Part shown: positions 49,705 through 59,873 of the stretch, piece after piece
Numbering within the stretch: the stretch's first letter is position 1
Layout: every line of letters begins with the position of its first letter
Source: Bdellovibrionales bacterium
Lineage (GTDB): Bacteria > Bdellovibrionota > Bdellovibrionia > Bdellovibrionales > UBA1609
DNA: 64,000 nucleotides
Direction: 5' to 3'
Assembly (NCBI GenBank): GCA_965203095.1
Contig: OZ241877.1
Span: 384,001-448,000, forward strand
Program-made: the position numbers and the translations under genes
Notes under the pieces: generated by a model
The model's database searches: none
Told to the model about the DNA's origin: nothing
The model's input: only the letters and a program-made list of their open reading frames with translations

Positions 49705-50703
49705 TCAAATCCTTTTTTTAATAAAACGCCCATAAAAAGCTCCCGCTGAGTAAAAAAAATGCTGACTGGTCCAAAATACAGGGACCCACCCACTGAGGGC
49801 TTTTTTACTCCTTATGAAAAGCTCCAAAGCGGCCCCAAACAAAATCCCCAAATAAATGAGCAATCCCAAAAAAAATACTTTTTCAAAAATTCCTAAAATA
49901 AAAAAGCTTATCATAAAGGGAGAGAAACAAAGGCGAATGTAATATAGCACTTTACTTCCATCCGAACCATAATTTAAATGGATAGGGGCCCGCACAGCTC
50001 CAAAAGCAAACAGCCTTTTGAGCACGGCCAGGTAAGAGCAGGCATAATTGTTGATAACTAAGGGATAAGGGAACAGGATCATATCTCCTTTTTGTGTTAG
50101 CCTCAAGCCCAAATCTAAATCTTCCCCAAGGCTTTTATATTTTGCAGAAAAATTTCCGCAATTTAAGACAGCTTGTTTTAAAAATAAGCCATTTGTTGTA
50201 GGGATGTGAAATACTTTTTTTGCTCCTCTCACTTGTTCAGCCTGTGGGCTATAACCATGGCCGAAAGGATGACTTAAGCTCAAATTGAGGACTTTTTGCC
50301 ATAATCTTTTTGAAGGGAGGCGGTTAGGCCCTCCCACAGCCACAACTGAAGAACTGGCCTTCTCATAGTTTAAAATAAGAGTTTCCAACCAATTTTTTGG
50401 GAGACGGCAGTCACTATCAGTAAAGGCAAGTAAATCGGACTGAGCACGATCAACTAAAACAGAACGGGCAGAACCCAAGTTATTTATAGAAGAAGAAAAA
50501 ATTTTTAAAGGGAGTTGATTTAAAAAGCTTTCTGCCACTTTTGTTGTTTGAGAACAGGCTGAGTTTAAAAAAATAAGAACTTCCTTTATCCTATCCAAGG
50601 CATTTTGATTTTTTATGTCTTTTAAGGTGAGGGCTAAAGCCTCCTTTTCCCGATGGCTAACTATCGCTACTGTGATTTTTTTAAGGAAATCTAACTTTAA
50701 CAT
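49705..50703 (-). CDS. Glycosyltransferase family 2
   Basis: AFTDSDC (DxD), VAVGGP, GEDLDL, C-terminal TMs. Confidence 0.85.
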   Translation of the reverse strand: MLKLDFLKKITVAIVSHREKEALALTLKDIKNQNALDRIKEVLIFLNSACSQTTKVAESFLNQLPLKIFSSSINNLGSARSVLVDRAQSDLLAFTDSDCRLPKNWLETLILNYEKASSSVVAVGGPNRLPSKRLWQKVLNLSLSHPFGHGYSPQAEQVRGAKKVFHIPTTNGLFLKQAVLNCGNFSAKYKSLGEDLDLGLRLTQKGDMILFPYPLVINNYACSYLAVLKRLFAFGAVRAPIHLNYGSDGSKVLYYIRLCFSPFMISFFILGIFEKVFFLGLLIYLGILFGAALELFIRSKKALSGWVPVFWTSQHFFYSAGAFYGRFIKKRI

Positions 50704-50770
50704 ATTATTGGCCTTTTTAATATAGCCTAAAATTTGACAAAATTTAATTTTGAGTTAAGATGGCTATGTT

Positions 50771-51235
50771 ATGCAATGGTTTTTTGTATTTTTTGTTTTG
50801 TTTTTTCCTTTTTCCGGAAAAACCATTTACAATTTAAAAACCAGCCAGGAGAATCTCCCGGACACAAAGGCCAAACATTGGCTTTTGTTGTCTCAATCTT
50901 GCCACTCCTGTGCTGAGCTGATAGTCCGTTTGGAGACATTTTGCACTGGGAAAAAACCCTCTCCCTCTCAAATTGGTTTTTGGGCTATAGGTTCCAGCCC
51001 TTCAGCTCTTTTAAAAAAATTAAGGAGTTTTAAATCGGATTATGAGATTTTTTCTGGTTCTCTCAATGAGTTTTATGAAACTTACAAAGTGATGGGGACA
51101 CCCAGCTTAAAAATTAAGGGCAAGGCTCAATCTATTAGAGGGAAAGGGCCTATTTTAAAATACTTAACAAAAGCCTCTGGTTTTTGCTTGGCTACTGACC
51201 ATTCTCAAAACCTGTCCTTCCTGAAAGTGGCATGA
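50771..51235 (+). CDS. Secreted thioredoxin-like CxxC protein
   Basis: Signal-like N-terminus, SCHSC motif, cis-Pro-type GTP loop. Confidence 0.6.
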   Translation: MQWFFVFFVLFFPFSGKTIYNLKTSQENLPDTKAKHWLLLSQSCHSCAELIVRLETFCTGKKPSPSQIGFWAIGSSPSALLKKLRSFKSDYEIFSGSLNEFYETYKVMGTPSLKIKGKAQSIRGKGPILKYLTKASGFCLATDHSQNLSFLKVA

Positions 51236-51278
51236 GGGAAAAATTGAACTATACTAAGGACTGTTCCCCGGCCAGTAT

Positions 51279-52406
51279 TTATAATGTGTTTTTGCGTAAT
51301 AATATGTTTTGTTCTAATGTTTGTCTCTCTTGGCTTTTCTTAAAAGCTCTATGACATACACTGGCAATGGGAACCACCGTCATAGATAATAGAGCTTGTG
51401 CCACCAGCTCTAAACCTACAGAGGCTTGAGACACATGGGCTGGTGGAAAAAAGTTTTCTGTAACAGTGAGCGGTTGGCCTACACTCCAACCAATTACATG
51501 TGCAAATAATAAAGGAAAGAGAGGATACCACCAACCTTTTGGAATGGGAGTACGCTTTTTATAGCCTTTTCCTATATGGTTTTCAAGTGCTATGTAGGCC
51601 GACTGATTCCCCTCTGAGGCGGCCAGTTCAGTCAATTTGTCACCGGTGAGAAAAAACCTCCTAACATCTTTATTTTCCCTCAAACCCATAAAAGGATTTT
51701 TGTATAATAGTGGCTCGTTGCTTAGGGAAAACAGGTCTTTAATATATCCTCCCGCAGTCCTTCCATCTTTGGATTCAGCGTAAGAAACACGAATAATATC
51801 AGAAACAGGGCCTTCCAATATGAGCTTATGAAGGAGTTGCCTTACCTTTTCCTTGTTTTTTGATAAAATGGCCTGGCCAATGGCTGTCTCTTCTAAAGGA
51901 GGGATGAGTATTGTCTCGTTCCCCAATGCGATGAGTCTGTGATTTTTAAGAGGATGTTGTTCAGTTTTTGAATCCAAACCGAAACCAAACCTTTGCCCAA
52001 GAGTGAGTTGAAATAGAGGCTCGCCAGACATTAAAAACAGTAAAGTCCTCATTTCTGAAGAAAATTCTTCTCGGTGTTTTTTGGCTTTAATCATGAGATG
52101 AATAATGCTGTTGCCTTTTTCATCCCAATAAGAGATGGCCTCAGCAAACTCATCTAAAGGGGCTGATAACAGGCGACTCATCTCATAGTAATAAGCCTCT
52201 ATGTCTGACTTCTGGACTGTTTTATAAAGGGGAGAAGGGCTTGTTGCTCGAGGAATTTCTAACAATTGCCTCATTTTATTCTCATAAGAGCCCTGATTGG
52301 GGTCCAACATTCTTGACAACTGTTCAAAGGCTTTATAGCCCGTTCCATGGGAGTGAACATGGTATTGTAGGAAAAAAATAAGTAAGGACAACTTCAAAAG
52401 TTTCAT
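51279..52406 (-). CDS. Secreted/membrane hypothetical protein with degenerate ankyrin-like segments
   Basis: Signal peptide MKLLKLSLLIFF; DEKGNSIIHLMI, KDGRTA, ELAASEGN; two C-terminal hydrophobic helices. Confidence 0.55.
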   Translation of the reverse strand: MKLLKLSLLIFFLQYHVHSHGTGYKAFEQLSRMLDPNQGSYENKMRQLLEIPRATSPSPLYKTVQKSDIEAYYYEMSRLLSAPLDEFAEAISYWDEKGNSIIHLMIKAKKHREEFSSEMRTLLFLMSGEPLFQLTLGQRFGFGLDSKTEQHPLKNHRLIALGNETILIPPLEETAIGQAILSKNKEKVRQLLHKLILEGPVSDIIRVSYAESKDGRTAGGYIKDLFSLSNEPLLYKNPFMGLRENKDVRRFFLTGDKLTELAASEGNQSAYIALENHIGKGYKKRTPIPKGWWYPLFPLLFAHVIGWSVGQPLTVTENFFPPAHVSQASVGLELVAQALLSMTVVPIASVCHRAFKKSQERQTLEQNILLRKNTL

Positions 52407-52651
52407 AGTGGGCTGTTTTATAGATAATTTACTTGATATTGTCAAATATTTTTTTTGGACAGGAATTTTTTACACTCATACTGGAATTGTTGAGCAAAAT
52501 TTGTGGGAAAGATTGACTTAAATAGTCTAACACAGTATTAAGATTCTGAGCTTTATACCAATTTTGTTTGAAAATTCCTGTTTTCTCTACTTTGTTTTGA
52601 CTGGAAATTTCAACTGTGATCAGTATAAGAAAAAATTGTTAGCTGGATATT

Positions 52652-53464
52652 ATGGCAAAAAATCAGTTTGAAATCCCTAAAATGGGTTTTGGAACTTATG
52701 GCTTAAAAGGGGAGGAGACTTTTCAAGCCGTCTCTACCGCTTTAGAGGCTGGATTAAGGCATATTGACACGGCCCCCATTTATGGCAATGAGGCGGAAGT
52801 GGGGAGAGCCATAAAAAGATCCCCTATAGTTAGGGATGAGCTTTTTCTAACCACAAAAGTATGGAGGACCTCTTTAACTTATGAAAAAGTAAAACAGAGT
52901 CTTTATAAAAGCCTAAACCATCTAAAAACAGAATATGTGGATCTTCTACTCATCCATTGGCCCAATAGGGAAGTCTCCTTAGAGGAGAGCTTACAGGCTT
53001 TTAAAGATCTAAAAAAAGCAAATAAAATTCTTCATATTGGGGTCAGTAATTTCCCCCTCTCTCTTTTAAAAAAAGCCAAAGCCTTTTGTCCGGACTTATT
53101 AACTAATCAAGTGGAGTATCATCCCCTTTTGTCTCAAAAAACATTATTGGATTACATGGGGCCGGAAAACCTGTTTTTAACAGCCTATTGCCCCTTGATA
53201 CGAGGCCATGTTTTTCGCCTCCAGCAAATAGTCCTTATGGCTAAAAAATATAGAAAAACCCCGGCTCAGATCACTTTAAAATGGCTTATAGAGCAAAAAA
53301 ATGTTTCCGCCATTTTTAGATCTAAAAATAAAAAGCATATTGAGGAAAATTGCAATATTTTTGATTTTGATTTAGAAGAGAAGGATAGGGAACAGCTTTT
53401 CCGCTTGAGCCGGAACCAAAGGAGAATCCTCAACCCTCCCTTTGCCCCTGAATGGGATGACTGA
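52652..53464 (+). CDS. Aldo/keto reductase
   Basis: GFGTY, IDTAPIYGNE, TTKVW, DLLLIHWP, IGVSNF, NQVEYHP. Confidence 0.95.
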   Translation: MAKNQFEIPKMGFGTYGLKGEETFQAVSTALEAGLRHIDTAPIYGNEAEVGRAIKRSPIVRDELFLTTKVWRTSLTYEKVKQSLYKSLNHLKTEYVDLLLIHWPNREVSLEESLQAFKDLKKANKILHIGVSNFPLSLLKKAKAFCPDLLTNQVEYHPLLSQKTLLDYMGPENLFLTAYCPLIRGHVFRLQQIVLMAKKYRKTPAQITLKWLIEQKNVSAIFRSKNKKHIEENCNIFDFDLEEKDREQLFRLSRNQRRILNPPFAPEWDD

Positions 53465-53474
53465 TGGCTAAATA

Positions 53475-53627
53475 GTTGTCCGTGAAAAATCTTTGTTTTT
53501 TAACTTTTTTTGTCCAAAGGACCATTCCATTTCGGGACGGCAATACCTTGGACCCTCATGGAATGGCCTTTGGACAAAAGCAGGAAAAAGAGGACGAGGC
53601 TTTTTGTCCAGCTTTTTCACGGAGGAC
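53475..53627 (-). mobile_element. MITE-like palindromic element, copy 2 (inverted)
   Basis: TIRs gttgtccgtgaaaaa / tttttcacggaggac; taaata on both sides; perfect core on the minus strand at 53531-53557. Confidence 0.85.
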
Positions 53628-53681
53628 TAAATAGAATTTTAATGATAGACATGGAGTGATATTTTAGAGCATAATCCACTT

Positions 53682-54233
53682 GTGCAACTTTTGCAGAAAG
53701 ATAAAACACAAAAATCCAAAGGCTTTAGCCTTATAGAGGTTTTGGCCAGTCTGCTTATCTTAGCCGGACTGCTTTCCATTATATCCCAGCTGTTTTATGG
53801 GAATAACCGGCGGATAAGAAAAGCCCGGCAGTTGGAAAAAATAGCCAGTCTTTTAGAGCTTAAAATGATCCAATTAGAGGAGGAATTTTCCGGCCCGAAA
53901 ATTGTCCAGTTGCCAAATCAGGATAAAGGAGAGTTTAAAAATGAGGAAAACTATTTTTGGAGTTACCAAACTCAAGCTATACTTTTGCCTTCCCCCAGGA
54001 TTTTGTTATCTCTATCCCGTCTTCCAGAATCAGAACTTTATCTCAAAATGGCTCAAATATTGACAGATATTTTGTCTGATAGCCTTGTGGAGCTTGAGCT
54101 TACAGTTCATTATAGGGGGAAGGGGAGGGAAGTGAGCTATTCCCTCAGCTCATATTTTGTCAATTATGAAACCGCTCCGGATTTTATTCTTAAATCTATA
54201 AGCCAGTTTTTGCCGGAAAGGGGAGCTTTGTAA
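53682..54233 (+). CDS. T2SS minor pseudopilin, GspI-like
   Basis: Prepilin site KG|FSLIEVL; order I-J-K-L-M-N. Confidence 0.75.
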   Translation: MQLLQKDKTQKSKGFSLIEVLASLLILAGLLSIISQLFYGNNRRIRKARQLEKIASLLELKMIQLEEEFSGPKIVQLPNQDKGEFKNEENYFWSYQTQAILLPSPRILLSLSRLPESELYLKMAQILTDILSDSLVELELTVHYRGKGREVSYSLSSYFVNYETAPDFILKSISQFLPERGAL

Positions 54234-55102
54234 TGCATTGTCCAACTCACTGTTTTTTTAAAAAATCAGCCCGATCCATTTATGGGATGACTCTTTTAGA
54301 AATGCTTTTGGCTCTTGGCCTTTTTGCTTTTATGTCTGTTTTTATTTCCCAAACTTTGAGACAAAGCTATCGCCATGCTCGCAAAGTGGGGCAGGATATT
54401 CAGTTTAAAAACTCCCTTTCCCATGTTTTGTCTTTGATCCGAAAGGATCTCCTCAGCACGGCTTATTTGTTAGATATCAATGCCAATTTTAACATTCACT
54501 TTCCCATTGAGGAAATGGCTGAAGAAGAGGAGAAAGAAGAACCTGCTAAAAAGGAAACTGCGGGCAAAGTGGAGCAACGATTCCCTGTTTTTTTAAATCC
54601 GCTTTTTATTTTTGAAGGGAGTAGCTCTGAGATGAGTTTTGTTTCCCATAGTTATTCTCAAAAAGCTTTAGATCCCTCTTCTCCTCAATGGGTGCGGATC
54701 CGCTATTCTGTTCAAAATTGTGATCTTGTGGAAGAAGGCTTGCTTGGCAAATGTTTGATTCGCTCAGTCTATCATTATTGGCAATCTATTGAAGAAAGGG
54801 AACCGGAAGAACAGGTCGTTTTGTTTAGAGCTTGGGATTCTTTGGAATTTTCCTATTCTGGAAAAAAAGAGCTTTTAGAATCAGAATGGAAAAGTGAATG
54901 GGAGGAGGAAGAAAGCCCGTCCCGTTCAGAAATTTTGCCTGTTCTTATAAAAATGGAAATGACAAAAAAGGATCGAGACAATAGCCTTTTATTTCCCGTA
55001 TCCCAGGATCTGTTGAGGAATTGGAATCCCAAAAGCAAGGCTTACCTCGGATTCCCTAAGAGAAAACCCCCTCAGCCCAAAAAAACGGAGCCTTCAAAGT
55101 GA
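54233..55102 (+). CDS. T2SS minor pseudopilin, GspJ-like
   Basis: YG|MTLLEML, IRKDL, C-terminal W..EW…LP.LIK.E. Confidence 0.78.
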   Translation: MHCPTHCFFKKSARSIYGMTLLEMLLALGLFAFMSVFISQTLRQSYRHARKVGQDIQFKNSLSHVLSLIRKDLLSTAYLLDINANFNIHFPIEEMAEEEEKEEPAKKETAGKVEQRFPVFLNPLFIFEGSSSEMSFVSHSYSQKALDPSSPQWVRIRYSVQNCDLVEEGLLGKCLIRSVYHYWQSIEEREPEEQVVLFRAWDSLEFSYSGKKELLESEWKSEWEEEESPSRSEILPVLIKMEMTKKDRDNSLLFPVSQDLLRNWNPKSKAYLGFPKRKPPQPKKTEPSK

Positions 55103-56316
55103 AACAGTCCCCTCTAAAAAAACAGTCCGGAGCGGCCCTGCTCATTATTTTAGCTGTGGTCAGCTTGATCCTACCCTTAGTCCAAGGGCTGTGGTTGGAT
55201 TCTCAAATTGAGTATCGCTTTAAGCAAAATCGCATGAGTGAATTGCAGGCCCAATATCAAGCCAAATCCGGCCTTTCTCTCAGTTTACTAAGAGTTTATA
55301 TTTTTAAAGGAATGGAAAAGTCTCTCCAAGGCCAATTCCAATCCATAGCTCTCCCCATTTTAGACAGAGTGTGGGCCTTTCCCTTTATGTGGCCCTTGCC
55401 CAAAGCCAAAGATCTTTTGGAAAGTGAAAAACAGGAACTGGAAAGCTTAAGCCAGCAGTCTTTTTTAAAAGGTTCTTATAAGGTTTTTATCACTCCAGAA
55501 GATGGCCTTTTAGATGTAAATGACTTGGCCAGCCCTCTTCCCTCTTTAAAGGAATGGACTTATGGGATATTTATGTCCCTTTTTACAGAGCTTTTAGAGG
55601 AAAAGCTCCAAGGAAAATACAGTCCCGAAGATATGAAAAAAACGCTCAATAATATTTCCGATTGGGTAGATCATGATAATAACAGCCAAAATGGAGGTTT
55701 AGAAGAGTTTGTAGAAGAGGGAAAAAAGCCTCTCAACCGCTCTTTTGTTGATGTGGAAGAGATTAAAAAAGTCCCTGGAATGAGTTTGGAGCTGTTTTCT
55801 GCCTTAACACCTTATATCACAGCTCATGGGGCTAAAGGCTTGAATATCAATTATGCCCCAAAGGGGCTTTTGCAAGCTCTCTTTTCAGAAGAGCTGGTGG
55901 AAGCTATTTTGTCTCGAACTCAAATGCATTCCGAATATTATGAGCCTTTTGCCAATAGGGAAAGTTTTTGTGATTTTGTTAGTGAATGGGCTGGTTCTTC
56001 TTTTTGTGAGGGGGAGGCTCAAGATCTCCTAACTTTTCTCCGTTTTGAGCGACCAGTGGCTTTTCGCATAAGCTCCCAAGGGAAATACAAGAAAAAATCT
56101 GTGCTTTTATCAGCCCTTTTGTTGGATCTGTCCTCATTGGCCTTGATCTATCAGGAGAGCTTATCTCGTGAAAAACAAAAACAAGAGGAGTTAGAGGAAA
56201 AGCCTACTGGTGAGTCCTCAACTGAAAAGCCCTCTCAGCAAAAGTCTGAACCATTGAAATTTGATTATTCCCATTTTAAATCTTTAGTTATAATGTATCT
56301 AAAAGGCCCTTTTTGA
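55099..56316 (+). CDS. gspK: T2SS pseudopilin GspK
   Basis: SG|AALLIIL, A.Y.AKSG, EDG.LDVN, DWVD.D, EIKKVPGM, LNINYAP. Confidence 0.85.
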   Translation: MKQSPLKKQSGAALLIILAVVSLILPLVQGLWLDSQIEYRFKQNRMSELQAQYQAKSGLSLSLLRVYIFKGMEKSLQGQFQSIALPILDRVWAFPFMWPLPKAKDLLESEKQELESLSQQSFLKGSYKVFITPEDGLLDVNDLASPLPSLKEWTYGIFMSLFTELLEEKLQGKYSPEDMKKTLNNISDWVDHDNNSQNGGLEEFVEEGKKPLNRSFVDVEEIKKVPGMSLELFSALTPYITAHGAKGLNINYAPKGLLQALFSEELVEAILSRTQMHSEYYEPFANRESFCDFVSEWAGSSFCEGEAQDLLTFLRFERPVAFRISSQGKYKKKSVLLSALLLDLSSLALIYQESLSREKQKQEELEEKPTGESSTEKPSQQKSEPLKFDYSHFKSLVIMYLKGPF

Positions 56317-56422
56317 TAGAGTGAGGATGGAAGTGAGCTAAATTTTTAAATGAAAAGGGAGTATTTAATGGGTATTGAGGGCCATAATGGCTTTTGTCAG
56401 TTTTTAAGAAGAGGATAATCTT

Positions 56423-58093
56423 ATGGTGAGTGTTGGTATTTGTATTGGGCAAGGTCGCCTTTGTATAGCTGAATTGGACTTAAAAGGGGGCCGGCCCCGC
56501 AAACTCTCTTTTGAAGAGCTGTTTCCTGAAAACTCAGACTCTCAAAAAGAGTTGTGGGCTTTACTCTCCCAGCAGTTGGCTAAAATTAAAAAACGACGAA
56601 TGGGGCAAAATCTTCGTTTTTGTTATGGCATTCCCCAAAGCTTCGTCACTAGTTTTTTGGTGGAATTTCCTTTTAAAGAGAAATTTAAAATTTTAAAAAC
56701 CTTGCCCTATGAAATTGAGGACAAATCCCCCTTCCGTTCAAACAAAGTTTTTTTTGATGCCAGAATATGCCAGATAAAGGACAAAAACAAAAGCTCCGCC
56801 TTATGCTTTGTGACTCCGGAAGAGCATGTCCAGTCCTTTATTGAAAAGAGTCAATCTTTGGAAAAGTCAGCTTATCTCCTCAGTTGTGAAGGTTCTGCTT
56901 TGGCTAACCTTTTGGAATTTTGGGGCCGGCCTTTGTCTCAACCTCAAAACACAGGCTCCCTTTACATTTATCTTGGGGTGCATAACAGCCAGTGGTTTTT
57001 TTATAAAAATGGGCACTTACAAAATGTTTCTGTTTTGGATTGGTCTGCAAAGCCTATCATAAAAGAGATGGAAAAACTGTATAAGCTTTCAGAAAAAAAG
57101 GCTTGGGAAGAGTTTTTTAAAAAGTCCTTTATTTTGACTTCTAACAAAAACTGGACTAAAGAGCAGGTGTTTTTTTCTAACTTAATTAAAAAGCATATCC
57201 AATTATTGATTCCCCAATTGGATTTGCTTAAGCTTTCTCTTGGGGCTGAGCAGGGGCTTTCCATTTCATCAGCTGTTCTTTTTGGCCCCGGTTCCGCTAT
57301 AAAAAATTTAACTGCTTTTTTAACTGCACAAGTGCCCGTTCGTTTTTCTCGTCTTCAAAATCTCCCGGACTTTCCGGATTTTAATTTAGAAAGCCATCCC
57401 TCCTCTTGTATAGCTTTAGGCTTGGCTTTAGAGGGTTTAAAAAGATCTCCCTATTCGGGACTTAACTTTTTGCGATCGGTTAAAAGGGAGAGCTTTTCCT
57501 TTTATCCCAAGAAATGGAAAAAACTGGCTTTAGTTTTTGGGCTTTGTTTTTTTGTTTGGACCCTTTACTCTTTTGTAAGGATGCGGGAAAGCTCTAAAAT
57601 TTTAGATAAAGTGAAAGTAGCTTTTGTAGCTTATGGGAAAAAGATCGCTCGTTTACCGGAAAGCCAAGTTCATGAAGAATCTGTTAAATCTTTTTTAAAA
57701 AAGAGAATGACTGAAACAGAAAGTGAAAGAGCTGTTCGACAGAGGCTTAAACAGCCCCAGCCCATGGATTATCTTCAGAAAATCACTCAAAAATTAGGTT
57801 CGGCAGAGCCATGGGGTTTGAGCATTCACTACCTCAAAATTGATGGTCCTTCTGCAGAGATTCGGGGGCAAGTGAATCGATCCTCTTTGGAAAAATTTAA
57901 GTCGCATATTCAAAATTTAGCCAAAGGCCCTGTTAAAGAAGGGGAAAAAGGAGGGCTAAACCTTCCTAAAAAAAACAAAATTCAACCACTGGTAGAGGGG
58001 GATCCGCTTCAACAGGCAGAGGCTTTAGGGGATGGCCATGCTCCACAAAAGGTCTTTTTTTCTTACTCTTTTCAATTTAAAAAAGAGCTTTAA
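56423..58093 (+). CDS. T2SS GspL (PilM/PilN-like actin-fold + TM)
   Basis: SVGICIG actin-like start, LPYEIED..PF, LFGPGS.IKNL, ALGLAL, TM then periplasmic domain. Confidence 0.75.
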   Translation: MVSVGICIGQGRLCIAELDLKGGRPRKLSFEELFPENSDSQKELWALLSQQLAKIKKRRMGQNLRFCYGIPQSFVTSFLVEFPFKEKFKILKTLPYEIEDKSPFRSNKVFFDARICQIKDKNKSSALCFVTPEEHVQSFIEKSQSLEKSAYLLSCEGSALANLLEFWGRPLSQPQNTGSLYIYLGVHNSQWFFYKNGHLQNVSVLDWSAKPIIKEMEKLYKLSEKKAWEEFFKKSFILTSNKNWTKEQVFFSNLIKKHIQLLIPQLDLLKLSLGAEQGLSISSAVLFGPGSAIKNLTAFLTAQVPVRFSRLQNLPDFPDFNLESHPSSCIALGLALEGLKRSPYSGLNFLRSVKRESFSFYPKKWKKLALVFGLCFFVWTLYSFVRMRESSKILDKVKVAFVAYGKKIARLPESQVHEESVKSFLKKRMTETESERAVRQRLKQPQPMDYLQKITQKLGSAEPWGLSIHYLKIDGPSAEIRGQVNRSSLEKFKSHIQNLAKGPVKEGEKGGLNLPKKNKIQPLVEGDPLQQAEALGDGHAPQKVFFSYSFQFKKEL

Positions 58094-58125
58094 AAAAGCC
58101 GTTTTTTTATGAGAGGAAATACGAA

Positions 58126-58848
58126 ATGAAGGAAAAAGCAAAAAATATAAAAAAACAGATTTTCGAACTTTGGAAAGGTTTTGAAAGTCGGCTTTTAGAA
58201 AGCGACAGCTTTAATATTTTAAGGGAAAAATATCAGTCTTTAGATGTCCTTCACCAAAAACTGTTACAACGTGTGTTAGCACTCTTTTTGCTTTTTGCCC
58301 TATTGGCTTGGCCACTTTATTGGTTTTTCTCTTCTGTTTTTTATTGGGGGGAATTTAAGAGCACACAAGATCTCAACTCACAGATGTTAAAAATGAGGAA
58401 AACTCCATCTATTTTTCGTTATTCCAAATCGAATCTCAAAAACAAAATAGAGAGAATTGTCAAAAAATACACTTCATCTGAATTTCAAATTAAAGATAAA
58501 AAATCTTTATTCTTAAAAAACAGCTCTATTTACCAAGTGGATTTTAATATTCGTTTAAATCATCTCAATATTAAACAAGTGGCTCGCTTAGGGGCAGAGT
58601 TAAACAGGCTCTCTCAATCCCGCTTGAGTGCTATCACTATGGAGGAAAACAAAAAATACCCTCAACATTATGATGTGGCTTATAGGCTTTCTGCTTTTAT
58701 TTCAGAAACTAAAAGAGGGACTTTTCGCCCAAAAACCCCCCGGACCATCCCCTTAAAGGGCAAAAGTTTAAAGGGGGAAAAATCAGCTCTTCCTAAAAGA
58801 AAAAAACGGAAGAAGAGAACAAAACCTAAAGGGCCACAGGTTGAGTAA
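58126..58848 (+). CDS. T2SS GspM-like protein
   Basis: Single TM, ferredoxin-like C-terminal part; lies between GspL and GspN. Confidence 0.6.
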   Translation: MKEKAKNIKKQIFELWKGFESRLLESDSFNILREKYQSLDVLHQKLLQRVLALFLLFALLAWPLYWFFSSVFYWGEFKSTQDLNSQMLKMRKTPSIFRYSKSNLKNKIERIVKKYTSSEFQIKDKKSLFLKNSSIYQVDFNIRLNHLNIKQVARLGAELNRLSQSRLSAITMEENKKYPQHYDVAYRLSAFISETKRGTFRPKTPRTIPLKGKSLKGEKSALPKRKKRKKRTKPKGPQVE

Positions 58849-58873
58849 AGTAATAGAATAAAAGGACTAAAAT

Positions 58874-59830
58874 ATGTTTTATGTTTTAAAAAAACTCATT
58901 GCTTTTGTTTGGAGACAAAAAGCAAAACTAATTCTTGTTTTTGTGTTTGCAGTTTTGTTTTTTTTCATCCGTTTTCCTTGGAATGATCTGTTGGAAAAGA
59001 AGGCTAAAGATTTTCAAAAAAAAATCCCTTCTACCCTGCAAACAGATTTTGAAAATATCCACCTTAAACTTATTCCCCCCGGCTTAGAGTTTGAAGATTT
59101 ATTTATTCATTATAAGGGGAAAAGCCTGACATTTCCCTCTATAGGCATTTTTCCTGCTTTTAAAGAGTGGTTGACATTAAAACCGGCATGGCGGGTTAAG
59201 GCACATCATAAAAATTCTTCTCTTTCCTTTGTTGTTTGGAAAAAGAAAAAGCCTTTAAAAGAAGGGCCTCCTGATTCTTCAATAGATATTTATTTTATTA
59301 AAGGCAATGCTCCTTTTTGGGAGTTAGAGGTTTTAAACAACTTATTTAAGGTGAAAATGTCAGGATTGGCCAGAGCTTTTTTTGATTATAAAGGTTCGCT
59401 TAAAAAGTTTGAGGAGGTTATAGCTTTTTTGAATTTGAAAGGGACAAATGTTCAGCTGTCGGGAACAGAGTTTAAAACTGCATTAGGCCCTTTAAATTTT
59501 CCTCCTATGAAATGGAAGGAAATAGAAATAGCCTCCCATTTAAAAGAGGGGGAATTGGTTTTTAAAACTTTTCGTTTAGGAGCTGTGGGAGATGATTTCA
59601 TTGTTCGGCTGAAGGGGAGCGGGGCTTTGTTATTCTCTTATGGAAAAGTTCGCTTAAACTCTTATGACATTCAACTGCAAATGGATGTGGATAAGGCCCT
59701 TTCAATAGGCATATTGGATTTGATGTTTGCCAATTTTAAAGAGGACAAAGGCTCTTTTTATAGATACAGCCTCCGTTTGAGGGGGCAAGGGCATCGGGTC
59801 CCTAATATGGAAAAACTACCAGAATTTTAA
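58874..59830 (+). CDS. T2SS GspN (deltaproteobacterial type)
   Basis: N-terminal TM ending FF.RFPW.DL, beta-rich body. Confidence 0.7.
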   Translation: MFYVLKKLIAFVWRQKAKLILVFVFAVLFFFIRFPWNDLLEKKAKDFQKKIPSTLQTDFENIHLKLIPPGLEFEDLFIHYKGKSLTFPSIGIFPAFKEWLTLKPAWRVKAHHKNSSLSFVVWKKKKPLKEGPPDSSIDIYFIKGNAPFWELEVLNNLFKVKMSGLARAFFDYKGSLKKFEEVIAFLNLKGTNVQLSGTEFKTALGPLNFPPMKWKEIEIASHLKEGELVFKTFRLGAVGDDFIVRLKGSGALLFSYGKVRLNSYDIQLQMDVDKALSIGILDLMFANFKEDKGSFYRYSLRLRGQGHRVPNMEKLPEF

Positions 59831-59873
59831 TTTTGAGGTTTTTGGGCAAGTTTTTTCACAAGCAACTATTATA

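Noticed and set aside
56349..56417. Tiny ORF between gspK and gspL (MKREYLMG…)
   Set aside because: About 22 aa with no motif; indistinguishable from chance
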